Below are positions 22,090 to 36,120 of a DNA stretch of 64,000 nucleotides, piece by piece. The notes under the pieces are model-generated. The model had not been told where the DNA came from. It made no database searches and saw only the letters and a program-made list of their open reading frames with translations. The first letter of the stretch is position 1, and each line of letters begins with the position of its first letter. The translations under genes were made by a program, and so were the position numbers. Origin of the DNA: Antechinus flavipes (Eukaryota); assembly GCF_016432865.1 (NCBI RefSeq), contig NC_067398.1:663586001-663650000 (forward strand). Reading direction: 5' to 3'.

Positions 22090-22810
22090 TAGGTTTCATT
22101 TGTTTATAGTAATAGCTTTTTTTCCCCAAAATACATGCAAAATACATGTTTTCAACAGTCACTCTCGCAAAATCTTGTATTAATATAGGTTAAACATGTG
22201 CAATTCTTCTAAACATATTTCTACATTTATCATGATGCACAAGAAAAATCAGATCAAAAGGGGAAAATTTAGAAAGAAAAAAACAAGCAAGCAAACAACA
22301 ACAAAAGATGAAAATACTATGTTGTGATCCATATTCAGTCACCATAGTCCTCTCTCTGAATGCCGATGGCTTTCTCCATTACAAGACTATTGGAATTGCC
22401 AAATAGTTCCAAATTGCTCTCCAGAATGGTTGGATCAGTTCACAGCTCCACCAACAATGAGTATCCCAGTATCCCTTCCAACATTTATCATTACCTTTTC
22501 TTGTCATCTAAGCCAATCTGAGAGGTATGAAGTGGTTAGGTTTCATTTTTTTTTTATGGAAATCCACAATCTATATTTTGTTTTTGCCATTCAGTGGTGT
22601 CTAACTGTTTGGAATCCCATTTGGGGTTTTCTTGGCAAAAATCCAAGTAATTTGTCTTTTCCTTCTCCAGTTTATTTTACAGATGAGGAAACTGAGACAA
22701 ACAGTGAGTGATTTGCTCAGGATCACATAGCTACTAAGTGTCTGAGGGTCAGATTTGAACACAGAAAGATGAATGTTTCTGACTTTAGACCCAGTGCTCT
22801 AGGTATTATG
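22090..22810 (-). mobile_element. L1 3' end followed by a Mar1-type CORE-SINE (~22570-22810)
   Basis: Reversed L1 3' UTR; GGGGTTTTCTTGGCAAA RTE-type tail plus TTTTACAGATGAGGAAACTGAG core. Confidence 0.7.
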
Positions 22811-23879
22811 GCATCACTTCTACCCACAATATATATGCCTCTCTGTTATTCTTTTCCCATCCTGGAACTGTAATTCTTCAAAGACCACAGTACTCCATAA
22901 ATTACAGCATAACCAGAAGAATATTGATATTAAAAAAGATGGGCCTTTGTTTCTTTGTCCTTTTATTGTTCTTTCTTCTAATTGATTATTGATCTCAATC
23001 TATGAGCTAACAAGTCAATGGTAAGGCTGTACAAACTGATTCAGAAACAATTCTTACATCAGTATTCAGTCACTTTCTGCCAGTTCAAATATGATCAATT
23101 TTGGTTTCTCATGGCATTTGGCACTCACTGTATTGAGTGTCTCCATTTTTTTTCTCATTACTTTTTACACACTTTGTAATTTAGGGCCTCAAAACAGAAT
23201 GTAAGCTCTTTGTGGGAAAGGACCAATTAGTTTCTGTCTTTGAATCCCAGTATACTGTCTACCTTAGAGTTATTGGTTTAATTTTATCAATTATCCACTT
23301 ATCTACAATTTCTATTTGTCTTCAGGTTTCATTTGTAGAGAGATATCAAGGTGAATGTGATTTTGTTTTACTATTATTGTGGTTCCCAAATTGGATAAGA
23401 TGCTCCCATTTATAGTATCAACCGCAAAATTAATGTTCATGGATATTTTAGAAACTGTATATTAGTAACCTTAGGGATCCTCCCCCCATTCTTTTGATTT
23501 TATTAGTGTTGGGAACACCTGGTTAAGAACAGAACTTCCTTTCTCAAAAGAGAAAAGTGATCTCTGCACTACATTGGTCTTTAAGACTTGCCTGGATCCT
23601 GAAAAGGTAAAGCCACCAGACTAGCATCACAGGGAATTTGTGACCAAGAGGCCGTGAACTCAACATTTCCTGACTCCTAAGCTGGGCTTCTGTCCAAGGT
23701 GCTAGGTTTCTTCTTCCTCTGCCCCATTTCTTCCACTCTGCCACCATTCCTAAAGAAGCAAAAAGGGATATGTTATACTGAGCACCCTTTTATATTTTTC
23801 TGTCTCACAGATTGCAAGACCAATGAATTAGTGGCCATTGTCCTGTTGATGGACCTCTATGTATTTCACACATTGGTCC

Positions 23880-25010
23880 TGAGAAATAAGGTGAAATGTA
23901 TAGCTTGTTCTGCCCTCGAATTTTGTCTCTCAGAGTTAAACCTCCCACTCTATTGCTATCATATTATTCTGAGCACCCCATTTTTGGACAGATGTTGACT
24001 AATAAACTGTATTCAGAGGAGGATAAACAGGAAAGGAAAGGAGTAGGAACCACATTCTTTAAGGTTCAATAGGGGTATTTAGCCTGCAGAAGAGAAGATT
24101 TAGGACTGATATGATCAGTATCAAAAAGTATTTGAGGGTAGGCTTTTGGTACAATGGATAGAACACTAGGTCTGGAATCAGGAAAACCTGAATTTAAAAT
24201 CTGGCCTCAGATACTTCCTAGCTGTATGATCCTAGACAAGTCACTTTACCTGTCTGCCTCAGTTTCTTCATTTTTAAAATAGTGATAACAATAGCACCTA
24301 TATCCCATAGGTGAGGATAAAATGAGATGATTTGTAAATTATTTTGCTTATGTCAAAGCACTGTACAAATATTCACTATTATGTGAAGGGTTCTTGCACA
24401 GAAGAATTAGGTTTCATAACATCAGATAAATTACATTGAAAGGGTCCTCAGTTTCACTTTGTCTTATACAAACCTAAATAGGAATTCCCTCTAATACACT
24501 CTCAGCAGCCACTGGAAGAAAATCCCACCAGCTCAAAGGAAGCACATTCTACTTTTGAAAAGCTCTCATCATCTACAACTTTTTTCTGACATATCTCCTT
24601 AAATCTTCTTCAGTGCCATTTCTTCCCATTGCTCTGACTTCTATAAGAACATAGCTTAGAGCTAAAAGGTACCTTAGAGGCTATTGAGTCCAATCCCTCT
24701 CCCTTTTTACAGATGAAGAAAGTAAGACAGTGATAGCTGGAAGGAACTTCAGAGATCATCAAAGTCCAATCTTGTCATTGTACAAATAAGGAAACTAAAG
24801 ATTAAGTAAGTTGTTTATTATCACACAAAGAGCAGTTTGTAGTGGTATGATTAAAACATAGATCCCTGACTCCAATTCATTGCTTTTTCTACCACACCAA
24901 AAGGAAAAAAGATTAGATATAAGAAAGACCCTCCTAATAATGGATTGTCCAAATGGAGATGGAGATACTGAGTTCTCCATCACCAGAGCATTCACTCAAA
25001 CAAGATAACT
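23880..25010 (+). mobile_element. L3/CR1 3' fragments with nested MIRs (~24135-24380)
   Basis: CTGAGCACC.CATTTT..GACAGATGTTGAC; MIR head TTTTGGTACAATGGATAGAACACTAG. Confidence 0.55.
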
Positions 25011-25859
25011 GCTTGCTAGAGCAAAAAGATGCTGAGAAGCCATGAGGTTGCTGGCAGGGGCCCAAGGCCTCCAGGGAATCAATGACCTTTTGGCTCATTC
25101 ATTCCTCAGTTCTAGTGACTTCCTCACCATCTGGGGCCTGTCACTGAATCGCATTGCTCCAAGAAATGGAGGAGGGGAGCTAGCCAAGCCTGTCAAGAAG
25201 GAGAAGAATATAGGAAAGAAAGATGGAAAGGGGTAATGAAAAGGAAAAGGTGGGGATGCCTGAGAGAGGAAAGGAAGAAGGAGAAAGGAGCAGGGGAATG
25301 GCATGGGGGAGACTGGAAAGGAGAAAAGAAAAAAGGAAAAGAAAGGAGGAGTTGGCTTAATAGCTACCCCTAAATAGATGGTCCCAATCCCCAAATTAGT
25401 GCTAATGCTTGAATATCAACTAATTAACTCCACCAGACTCCTGCCATTGACCTGGAGTTTCTGCCTTTAATCCCTGGAAGACACAGCTTGGATCAACACT
25501 GACTTTCCCTTTTCCCTTTCCCTTTCTCCCACAAGCCTTAGTTATTAGCCATCTACTCCTTTCTGGCTGCCACTACCTAGTCTCCTCTCACCACACCTTC
25601 TAGAACTAGGAGCCTTTGTAGCTTCTCAATGCCCTCCATGCTGTCCATGAAGCCATACCCTCTCTTGAGACAGATTCTTGATGAAATTCTTGGTGATGTA
25701 CAGTTAGAATACATTGAGAGATGTAGTATCTCAGAATAAGGAGGTGGTAGTCACTCTGTATTTTTCCCTAGTCAAACCACATCTAGAATTTTATGTTTAA
25801 TTATAGAAAGCATCTAAACAAGTCTAATTTTAATAATAAGCAAGAAATAAATTAAGGTT

Positions 25860-28800
25860 CTGAAAAGAAGTTTAGAAAAGTTAATATGATAGTTCTTTAA
25901 TGATTATTGAATGGGGATAGAAAAGAATGTACATATTTCTCAGATGACCATGTCTTGAGTAGAACAAACTCACAAAGAAGTGCAAGAAAGCAGAAATAAA
26001 ATATACATCCTTTACTGACCACAATGAATTAGAAATTACATTCAATAAAGGGCCACTAAAAAAAGACTTAAAAATGAATTTGAGATTTAAATAACTTAAT
26101 CCTAAAGAGCTGGTGAACAAATCAAAACAAAAACAAAATAGATAATTACAGTGAAAATAATAATAAAACAAAAACTTTGGGGATGCAATCAAAACAATTC
26201 ATAGAAGAAAATTCATCTCTCTAAACATATACAACAAGAAAAATAAAAAACAGATCAATTAATTTGTTAATTTGTTAAATTTGTTAACAATTAATTTGTT
26301 AAAAAAACACTAAAAAACAAAAAAGCTCAACTTTTAAACCCAAGTAAACACATAAAGAGAAATTCTGAAAATTTTTATAGAAATTAACAAAATCAAAAAG
26401 AAAAAATCCTATTAAATTAAAAAATAAAAGTTGGTGCTAGGGTTTTTAAAAAATAAATAAAATAGATAAACTATTAGCTAATCTGATTTCTAAAAAGAAA
26501 GGAAAACTAAATTACCAATATCAAAAAGAATTAACAACAGATGAAGAAAATTATTACAAACTATTTTGTCCAACTATATACCAATAAAAACCCACAACTT
26601 AAATATCATGTTACATATAAATGAGTATAACATAGTTCATTTAATATAGTTATGTAATATAAATATTATTACACATTATATGTAATTTGCTTGCAAGAAA
26701 AATATCAAAAGAAGGGATTCTACTAAATCTTTCTATGATACAAATATAGCCTTGAAACCCAAACTAGAGAGAATAAAAATAAAGAAAGCCATGGATCAGT
26801 ATCTCTAATTAACATTGAAACAAAAACTTTAAGTAAAATTTTAGTAAAGAGACTAACGTAGCATATCCAAAAAGGAGATAGACTATGACTAAGCTGAAAT
26901 TATTCATTTCTAGTATAAGGTTCAATATTAGGAAGACTATAAGCATATATATTAATAAGAAGAACAACAAAAACATATAATTATATCAACAGACTTAAGA
27001 AAGGCATTTGGACAAAATACAATACTTATTTCTGTTATATAAAAATTAGAAAATACAGGAATAAATGAACATTTCATTAATGTGGTAAGCAATATCTATT
27101 TAAAACCAAGAAGTAGCTTTTTATGTCATGGAAATAAACTAGAGGCTTTTCTAACAATATTAGAGGTACAGCAAAGATGTCTATTACTACCACTGCTATT
27201 TGATATAGTGTTAGAAATGCTAACTATAGCAATACATTAATTATAGGTACCAATTTTCAGGAAGAGGAGTGATAAGCTGAATATCCTTTGATTGAATGTA
27301 AACTCCTTGAGGACAGGGACTATTTCATTTATGACTTTTTATCTTCAATGCCATCTACAATTTGTAGTACACAGAGGATGACTAATAAAAGCTTACACAT
27401 TGATTTGATCATCTAGCAAAGAGAAATCAGGATAACGAAAGGATTTGAGCACAACTTATATGAAAATTGACAGAAGGAACTATAGTTATTTAGTTCAGGG
27501 AAAACATGATTGCTGTTTTCAAGTTCCTGGAAGGTTAGACTATGGAAGTGATATTAAACTTTTAAAAATTTGACCCCACAAGGCAAAACTGGAAGAAATG
27601 TGGAGAAACTGCAAAGAAGTGAATTTAGATTTGATGTAAAGAAAAATTTCCTAATAATGGGAGCTGTCCAAAAGTCTCTCTTAGGACATAGTAGGTTTCT
27701 CCTCGCTGGAAATCTTTTTAAAAGTCAGATGAGCAACTAGATTGTATTAGGAGAAGAGGTTGCACTAGATGGCAGTTAGAGTCCCTTTCAAATCTGAAAT
27801 TCTGTGATTTGGAGCCTAACATACAGACATGAAGGGGATGAAGGCAGAGGTCTCAAAACCAGAGGTCTCCCTACATGTCATAATATTTCCAAACTGTAGG
27901 ATGGAACTCAAAAGTGATCTGGACCATTTTTTCCTGAAGAAAGAGTATCCATTATAACCTTTCCAACAAATGGCTATCTAACTATCATTTGAAGGTCTGC
28001 AGTAATGTCCTGCTGAAAAAGACCATTACATTTTTCTATATCTCTTATTTTTGGAAAACTGTTCCTTAAATCAAGCCTGAATCTGCTGTTCTGCAACCTC
28101 TCCCCATTGCTCCAAGTCTCCTCTTCTACATGGCAATCCTTCAACTACTTGAAGAAAGTGATAATGATTTTATTCTTCACTCCAACCCTAACTAATTTTT
28201 CTCTTCCTCAGAGGAAATAACCCCAGTTCCTTCAACGAATCCTCCTAGAATAATGTTCTCCAACCCTGACCCAATTCTGATTGATCCTCTGGATTTGTTC
28301 TAGCTTGGTGGGAAAGTGAATAAGGGGTTGGACTTGAGCATCTGGATGACCTGTGGTTAAATCTTGACTTTTGTGACCTTGGGTAATCATTCGACCTCTC
28401 AGACTCAATTCCCTTATCTATATAATGGGAGTAGTAATAACATCTACTTTGCAGGGTTTTTGTCAGTTAGAAGGCCTTTATTAAATGCTTATTAGATGCC
28501 CAGTAAGCACTGAGAAAGGCCACAAAACAGTCCCTACTTTCAAGGAGTTTACATTCTAATGAGAAAGACAATATATAAACAACTAAGNNNNNNNNNNNNN
28601 NNNNNNNNNNNNNNNNNNNNNNNNNNNNNNNNNNNNNNNNNNNNNNNNNNNNNNNNNNNNNNNNNNNNNNNNNNNNNNNNNNNNNNNNNNNNNNNNNNNN
28701 NNNNNNNNNNNNNNNNNNNNNNNNNNNNNNNNNNNNNNNNNNNNNNNNNNNNNNNNNNNNNNNNNNNNNNNNNNNNNNNNNNNNNNNNNNNNNNNNNNNN

Positions 28801-30080
28801 NNNNNNNNNNNNNNNNNNNNATATAGAGATGGATAGACAGATAGATACATAAAGAGACAGACAGATAGATATGGAAAGCAATCTAAGAAAAGAATACATT
28901 ACCACTTGGGAAGTGGGAACCAGAAAAAGCTTCTAGCAAATGAAAACTAACAGGAGCTAGGAAGAGAAATTCCATTCAAGATATCTATAATTATAAAATA
29001 TTTGGGAATGTATAGTCTAAGATTCGCCCAGGGATTATATGAATCTAATTATAAGATGCTCTTTGCAGAAATAAAGACAGTCCTAAATAATCAAAGAAAC
29101 ATTAATTGCTCATATGTAGGTCTGGCCAATATAATAAAAATGACAATACTACTCAGGTTAATTTATGTATTCAGTGTTATACCAATCACATCTCTAAAAT
29201 GAAGGTTTTACGGAGCTAGAAAAAAATGATAATGAAATTCATATGAAGTAACAAAATTTCATCAAGTATTTTTTAAAAATCTCAAAAAAGTATGAAACAT
29301 GAAGAAAGGAGATCTATCAGTACCAGGTCTTAAATTGTGTTACAAACCATCAAAGAGTATTGATTTTTAAAAAGAGAGAGAGGTCATTCAATATCTAATC
29401 AGTTAATTAGGTGTTGTTGGTTATTTCATTTTCAAAGAGGACCAATAACATCATGACTGATGTCTTGACTTGCTCATCAATTGAAGTGAAGCAGACTTCA
29501 CTCATCCTCACTCTCTCTCCCTGAGTCATCAAAGACCAGTGGCAGGACAAAAGTCAAGGTGACTGACAATGACCCAGGATGTAGTTGAAGAACTTGGCAT
29601 CTTCCATGTCTGACCAAGCTCTAAATGCTCCACAGCATCTACTTCGGTTACTTCATGACTGTTGAAACAAATTGTTCTCATTGGCTCATTGCACCAAAGA
29701 AAACCTTCACATGCTTGAGGTAGACATCCCCCTAACTCACCAACAGATTTGAGACTTGTCAGTTATCTTCCACTTGGTTTAGCCAGTCTGCTGAGATGAT
29801 CACACCATGTTAGTCAATTAGGCATACAACAAACAGAAGCAAACACAGTAGCAAAGTGTTTGGTAAATCTAAAGACTTCAGTTCCTGAGGGAAGAATTCA
29901 TTATTTGTCAAAAACTGCTGGAAAAATTGGGCAGCAATCTGACAGAAATTAGGTCTAGAACAATATCTCCCAACATATAAGCTCCAAATGTATACATGAC
30001 CTAGATTTTAAAAGTCACATCATAAACAAATTAGAGGAATAAGAAATAAATATCATTTTTGGATTTATGTATAAGGGATC
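25860..30080 (+). mobile_element. Fragmented L1 ORF2 (EN-RT), pieces at ~25860-27240, ~28920-29370 and ~29830-30080
   Basis: Translatable remnants: PLLFxIVLEML, REIPFK, ANIIKMTILLRLIYVFS (track ORF 29002..29202), LFxKNCWKNW. Confidence 0.8.
28588..28820. other. Assembly gap (233 N) flanked by an ATAG/AG-rich microsatellite
   Basis: Run of N. Confidence 0.99.
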
Positions 30081-32727
30081 TATGCATGACTAACCAGTAA
30101 TGTCATGGAGTTGTTGTTCCTGAGGGTACAGTGAGGTAGAATGGTAGTGGGGACATTTAGAGGGAGGGAAACAGGAGAAATGAGATGGGCAAGAGTGGGG
30201 GAGTGAGAAGTTGAGGTTGAGAAAGAGGATTTAATCATGGGTATTTGGAGGTTTATTATCACAGGGAAGGGAAGAATAAGAGGGTGTGGGAGTATGCTAA
30301 GCATTGAGGACTAAATTCAGAAAGGGTGACAGTGAAATCTGCTATTAAGGCAGAGGGTCAGAAAAGCTCAAAGTCAGCCTTCGCTGTCTTCACACAGCTC
30401 TCAGCTGCTCAACTTGAATTGTTACTGCCTCAGGAAGTTCGTGGATACTTTGTGTCAGGAAAAGTGGCGTAGTTCTCTGGGCTACTGGAGATCAAATAGG
30501 GAGTTGGAAGCTGATGTCTCCCAGACTGGTTCCAGAAAGCAGAGCCTGTTTTAGTTATGGTTCTTGGGGCTTCCTGATCCCCAGTGCGGAATAGTGTGTT
30601 CTTAGTTTCTTGGCACTTTTTTCCTTCCACTCTAACAGTCCTGGATCTTTTTCCCCAGTCTTGGTTACTTTCCAACACACACTTTTTAGAAAGGATAAAA
30701 GTTAACATGGAGGGTAACAATGGTCTCTGAATCCACAGAGAATACAGATCCACTTGCTTTTCAAAAGAATCTCCAGACTGTCTGTCTCAGTATCTTTCTA
30801 TTCCAAATGGGAAGATCTTATTAGGACATTTAAGATCCCTTTATGCCTATTCTATTGGTTGGTTCACTGACCCTTGAACCTAGAGAGATACATCCTAATG
30901 CTCTTTTTTGGGAAAAAAAGAGGGGAAGGGGACTTCCTGCCTCTGCTTGCATGGCTCTATTGATGCTTTCCAAGGTCTGGGTACCACTTTATTCTGGAAT
31001 TTGATCTCCAGTCTGAGCCAATAGCTGGTTTTATTCATTGACAACCACTTATCTCTATGGATCAATGCCTCTGGCCTCTGGCTGCCTGCTGTTCTAGCTG
31101 TGAGCAAGGTCTGCTCCTGCTCGCTCCAGCTGTGGGCAGCTGTGGGCTCCAGTGTTTTGAAAGAATGGAGAGCCAAAGCAGGATGATAAAGACCAATGTC
31201 ACAGAGCATTGCTTAAGAGGTTCAAATCCAGATCTCAGTGAAAAATCACTTTTCCCATGCCCGCCTATTTCTCCCAAGTATCTCAGGGTCTATTTTTCCC
31301 CCAGTGCTGTGTCCACAGTGCCAGTCTCTGAGCTCCCATATTTCTTCCCACATAGTCTCCATTTCGAGACCTGGTTCTCTTCCCAGAGCCATAGGCAAAG
31401 GCCAGGCTTGCAAGTTAAATGTCATATAGGCTGGAGTCTCTAAGGAAGCCTGGACAATGGGGGTGCCCCCTTCTCTTGGACCTGTGCCGGGGGGCAAGGT
31501 TCTGAGTCTCTGAACACCCCCAATCCACATGCCTAGCCCAAGTGGGCAAGCTGGAGCCAGACTGTCCCTCCCGCCTGCTTGGGTCTAACAACCCTCTCTT
31601 CTCCCTCCCCATCCTCCTGCCCTCCTAGCTTCCTGGGCCTGTGTGGCTGGCTTTATGGCAGGAGCCAACAGCTTCCCCAGCTTCTCTTTCAGTTTATGAA
31701 TGAGCTTCTTGTTTCCCAGGGGAATTATATGGATCAGAGTCGGCCTCTCACAATGCAGCACATTTGTATGGCCGGGAGCACCGGGAGAGGCAGCAAGGGC
31801 TTGGGGAAATTCTAAGGGAGGTGCCTTCACTGAACTCTTTCCATCCATCCTTCACACACTGCCAGGCTAACCTTCTTTATGCACAGATATGGTCCCTTCA
31901 TGCTACTCTTCAAAACCTTTCAATGGCTCCCTATTGCTTTCTAAGTCAAGTTCAAATTCTTTAACCTGGCATTTAAAGCCTCTATACCAGAGTCAGGAAG
32001 ATACTTAAGGTATTGTTAGCTGTGTGACCTTGGGTATATACAGTGTGTTTCAGTTTCTTCAGTTGTAAAATGTGGATAATAATAACGCCCATCTTCCAAG
32101 ATTTTGTGAGCATCAAGTGATAATACTTGTTAAATGCTGAGCACAGATGCTTAATAAATGTTGGTTCCCTTCCTTTTGCCTTTTCCCCAAATAACTTGCT
32201 GCCCTCCCACACGTACCCTCTCCATTCTCCTGTCTTTGTGCCTGGAATGTCCCAGCATCCCAGCTTCTCCCACCTCTTGCCTTCCTCCAACATGCCCCAA
32301 ATGCAACAGCTCTCAGATCTCATTTGTGAGAACGTTCCCTCCACTGATGGCAATCACAGCCTCCCTCTCATATCTTATAAGTTTGCTACAGTGTACTGAG
32401 CTCTCTTGAAATTTCAAAGACACCAATGGAGAACACAGAGCCAGCAGCTTACTGGGTAACCAGGTGACCGGCCCATCTTTTTCAGTTTCAGTTTTCCCAC
32501 CCTTTAAAATTCCAAACCCTCCAAGAAATCTTCCCTGCTTCCTTCAGTAAATAATGACCTATATCGAGTAGTACTATGCTTGTGCTTCTCATTTTTATTG
32601 TAGTTTTCTGAGTTCCTTAGCTTTTTAGTGCCCCAAACAATTCCCCATAAAGCTGGATGTAAGTTGGGGAGAAATCTTTGTACTTATGTGATTGTTATAT
32701 CTTTAAATAAATATCCCTTTGCAAAAC

Positions 32728-32805
32728 ACATATATATATATATGTATATAAATATATATATATACACACATATGTAAACACACACATATACATATATACA
32801 TATAA
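32728..32805. repeat. (TA)n/(CA)n low-complexity microsatellite
   Basis: Direct reading; similar tracts at ~10333-10377, ~21780-21860 and ~37846-37880. Confidence 0.85.
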
Positions 32806-33744
32806 GTCACAAAACCTTATATAATATTTCATACCACTGCACTCCATGATCTGGCCAAACTTATGTCTCTGTTGCACACATACACACACACAGCTCCATT
32901 TTCCTATCTATGTATCTTTTCAGTGACTGTCTTCTATATCTGGAATGCCTTCTCTCCTTCCTTCTACTTCATAGAATTTTCTTCTATGAAGAACAGAATC
33001 CTTCATAGAAAAGAACTCTTATTCTTTTGAGATGCATCTTAAATACCACCTTCCACAGGAAGCTTTTTCTGATTCTCCCAAATGCTGATGACTTCCTTCC
33101 AAAAATGTCTTATATTCAACTCCTTGCATTTATTTGTGTCTATTCACTTCACATGGATGCTGTGTGTATTCTTACATGCACTTGTCTCTCCTATCAGTAT
33201 GTAAACTCCTTGCAAGTAGGAACTGTTTTAGTCTTTATGTTTATATCCCCAGGGCCTAGCACAAAAACCTGGCTTAGAATAAGTGCTTTGTACATACCTA
33301 ATAATGGTTACAGAGGAATTCGCAATCTTCCTCAGTGATAGGAGTTCCCTCACTTAGAATGCTCTCATTCAATGAATTCACAGGTCTACCCCCACCCCAA
33401 CCTCCTAAAATAAAAAAAGAATTTTCTGTGCATCACATCTCTCTTCTGGGAAGGCAGAGAGGAAGAATGGGTCTAGGAAGTCAACGACCATATTTTATCT
33501 AGACTTTATATCTTCCCTAACCCCTAGCATGGGGCTCTGCACACAGTAGGCAGCTAATAATTGTTTATGAAATCAGAGAAGGGGAAGCCCCTCTCTGTTG
33601 CTACATATAGATCATGATAAAAATAGCTTGCATTTCTATAGCTTACAGTTTACAAAGTGGTTTCTTCACAACAATTCTATGAGGTCAACAATATGCAAAG
33701 ATTATTACCCCCATTTTACAGAAGAGGAAAGAGAATTTTTTTTC

Positions 33745-34230
33745 CTCTTTACCAAAAGGTAGATTTATTTAGGAGAAGAAGTTACAGACAAAATAAGAGG
33801 TAAAATAGGCACCAGGAATGACAAATATGAAATAGAATTGGAAGAGCAATAGGATTACCAAGGAAAGGGATTTGGAAGAATTCATTCTTATGGATGCCAT
33901 GAGTATGCCATTGACTGGCAAGTTAGTCCATAGAGGAGTGTAGCAGACTAATCAGAGTTAGCTATAGTAAGGAGAAAGATGCCATTAGAGGGAAGGCACT
34001 ATGAGGAAGAGAGAGAAAATATCTCTTTATGGACTTAGTGCAGAAAGGACTGAGCAAAGATCTTCATCATAAGCAGATCTTTTATGGGGGAAATATAGCC
34101 TCAGGGAAACTAGGGAAGTAAAGGTGGGGAGGCAGAGAGGGATCAAGGAATTAGATGGCATGCACCTGGCAAACTAGTTCCCAGATCTATCTAAATATAT
34201 GCTAATCAATATCTCAAAGGTTGTTTAAAA
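33745..34230 (-). mobile_element. Solo LTR related to the 9470-9985 copy
   Basis: Shared ~130 bp ATTTATTTAGGA.AAGAAGTT.CAGACAAAA...CACCAGGA.TGA.AAATATGAAATAGAATT and shared TATA-region GGGGAAAT.TA.CC.CAGGG. Confidence 0.65.
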
Positions 34231-35559
34231 ATTCACAGAGGTTTGGGATAGATAATGGAGGTTGATAAAAGCGTTTCATCCTCACAAATACTATACAAAC
34301 AGGATAGTCTGGAAGTAGGTTGTAGCTGATAATAGCCAGATTTCAGAAAGGGAGTTTTTAAAAGAAAAAGGACATGCCCATAGTTTATAGCAAGTTGATG
34401 GTCCGAATTCCAAACCAAGCTGTCTAACATTAGCCTTAGGGCTCTGACTACAGGGTCCCCCCTCTGCCTTAGAAGAAAATAAGAGCATGCAGATTAATAC
34501 TCCAAGATTCCTTCTTGACCCTGGCCATTAGAAAACCCTGGACAATTGGCTAGTTCTCTAAATTAAGATCCCAGACAATCAGCTCATTTTTTCTTCCCTA
34601 AATCAGTCTAAGGGAAATAAGGCCCCAGTGGTGGCCCAGGGAACTTGAAGGAAGAGAATCTAGGCTAGATGTTCATGCAATATGTTGGCTGCATGAGCCT
34701 TACTATGTCGTGGTGACAATCTCATCTTCCCATACTATTGTCTTCACTGTCTTGCTTTTCTCAATTATTGGTCTTTGTCTTTATTTTTTCTCACTTGCCT
34801 TTTTCTTTCCCTGTCCCAAGATATTATCATCATCACCATTATCATTAATGTCATCTTCATCTTCCAGGAAGAACTTTATATTTCTTCCATATGCCAAAAG
34901 TAATATCTCTCTCTCCTCTGAAACCCCCAAATACTTTCTAACTCTCTTATGTCACTTCTATTGCTTATCCCAAGCATCTGAAAACTTTCCCAATAGAATA
35001 GGCAGATGAGAACAATTTGTTCTAATGGCCATAAATAGCGATGTGAAGTACTTAGAACTTGGTCAGACATCAAAGACACCAAGATTATGCATTGCATCCT
35101 GGGCCATCACCAACCTATTTGATTTTTGTTTTGCCAACATCATGATGTCATTGGTCCTCTGAAAACAAAGGACAAATAACACTTATCTGATTGAAGTACC
35201 TTCTCTTATTCCATGCATCTAAATTATGCACGAGCAGAAGTGATTGTGTTAATAATTTTTGTCTCCTTCAGGACTAAGCACAGTGCCACAAATACAGGAA
35301 GCAGTTAATAAATGTTGATTGTTAAAAATATCTTTACCATTTTCATCATCACCAGTATCTCTCTTCATCACCTTTGTTGTCATAAAATATCGAGCTGGAT
35401 AGACCTTAGAGATTATCTATTCCATGAACCTCATTTGATGGAGAAAGTACTGAGCCATTGTCAATGGTCTTTGTAAGATTGCAGAGCACAAAAAAATATG
35501 ACAGGATTACAAAAAGGCAAATATCTTGATTTTTCACAAAGGAAGTACAATCTTCAAGG

Positions 35560-36120
35560 GCAAATTCCCCAACTACCATTCACCATGACAGATCAAGTCT
35601 TATAAAGAGTCTGGCAACTTCTTCCTTCATTCTAAGAGGCTCAAGTTTGCAATACTTTTACTCACAAGCCCCCTTGTATGCACTCCCCATCAATTAATAT
35701 CAAAGCAAATTAGTTTTTAGAAAAGATATTTATTAATCAGGTATAACAAGGAGAGTTGTTACAGAAACATCCTTCCAAGCCAGGAATACTCCTTTCCCTT
35801 GTATATATCACATTCCCTAGGAGAGTGGGCTTAAATTTGGAGATCAAATGTGCACAGAAGATAAACCTCACATTCCTAGTTCTTAGAAATTCTTTTCTTT
35901 GTTTAATGGAATCCTTTCCCTAGGTGTAATTTTCTAGGCAAATAAGGCCAATGCTTTTGTAAAGATCTTTCTTCAATGTATCTAGTTGGTCCTTGGTGAT
36001 TCTCTCAGTTCCAGATACAGACATGGCCATGAGGAACCATGATTCTTGCAGAGACACTGCTACTGATACCCATGGGAATCCCAAATCTCCCAATCTTTTG
36101 AAATTCACAAGGTTGTCACT
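35560..36120 (-). mobile_element. Possible solo LTR inserted in an L3
   Basis: Minus-strand AATAAA (35729-35734) and a TATA-like tract (~35800); interrupts L3 text. Confidence 0.35.

Noticed and set aside
26255-26300. AATTTGTT x4 with an embedded palindrome TTGTTAACAA
   Set aside because: AT-rich slippage within a dead L1 ORF2
28467-28905. ORFs spanning N runs (also 50457..50963)
   Set aside because: Artefacts of translating assembly gaps
30690-30850. Kinase-like words RDLKCPN and VDLYSL in one minus frame
   Set aside because: The spacing between motifs is far too short for a kinase domain, and the DFG and APE motifs are absent
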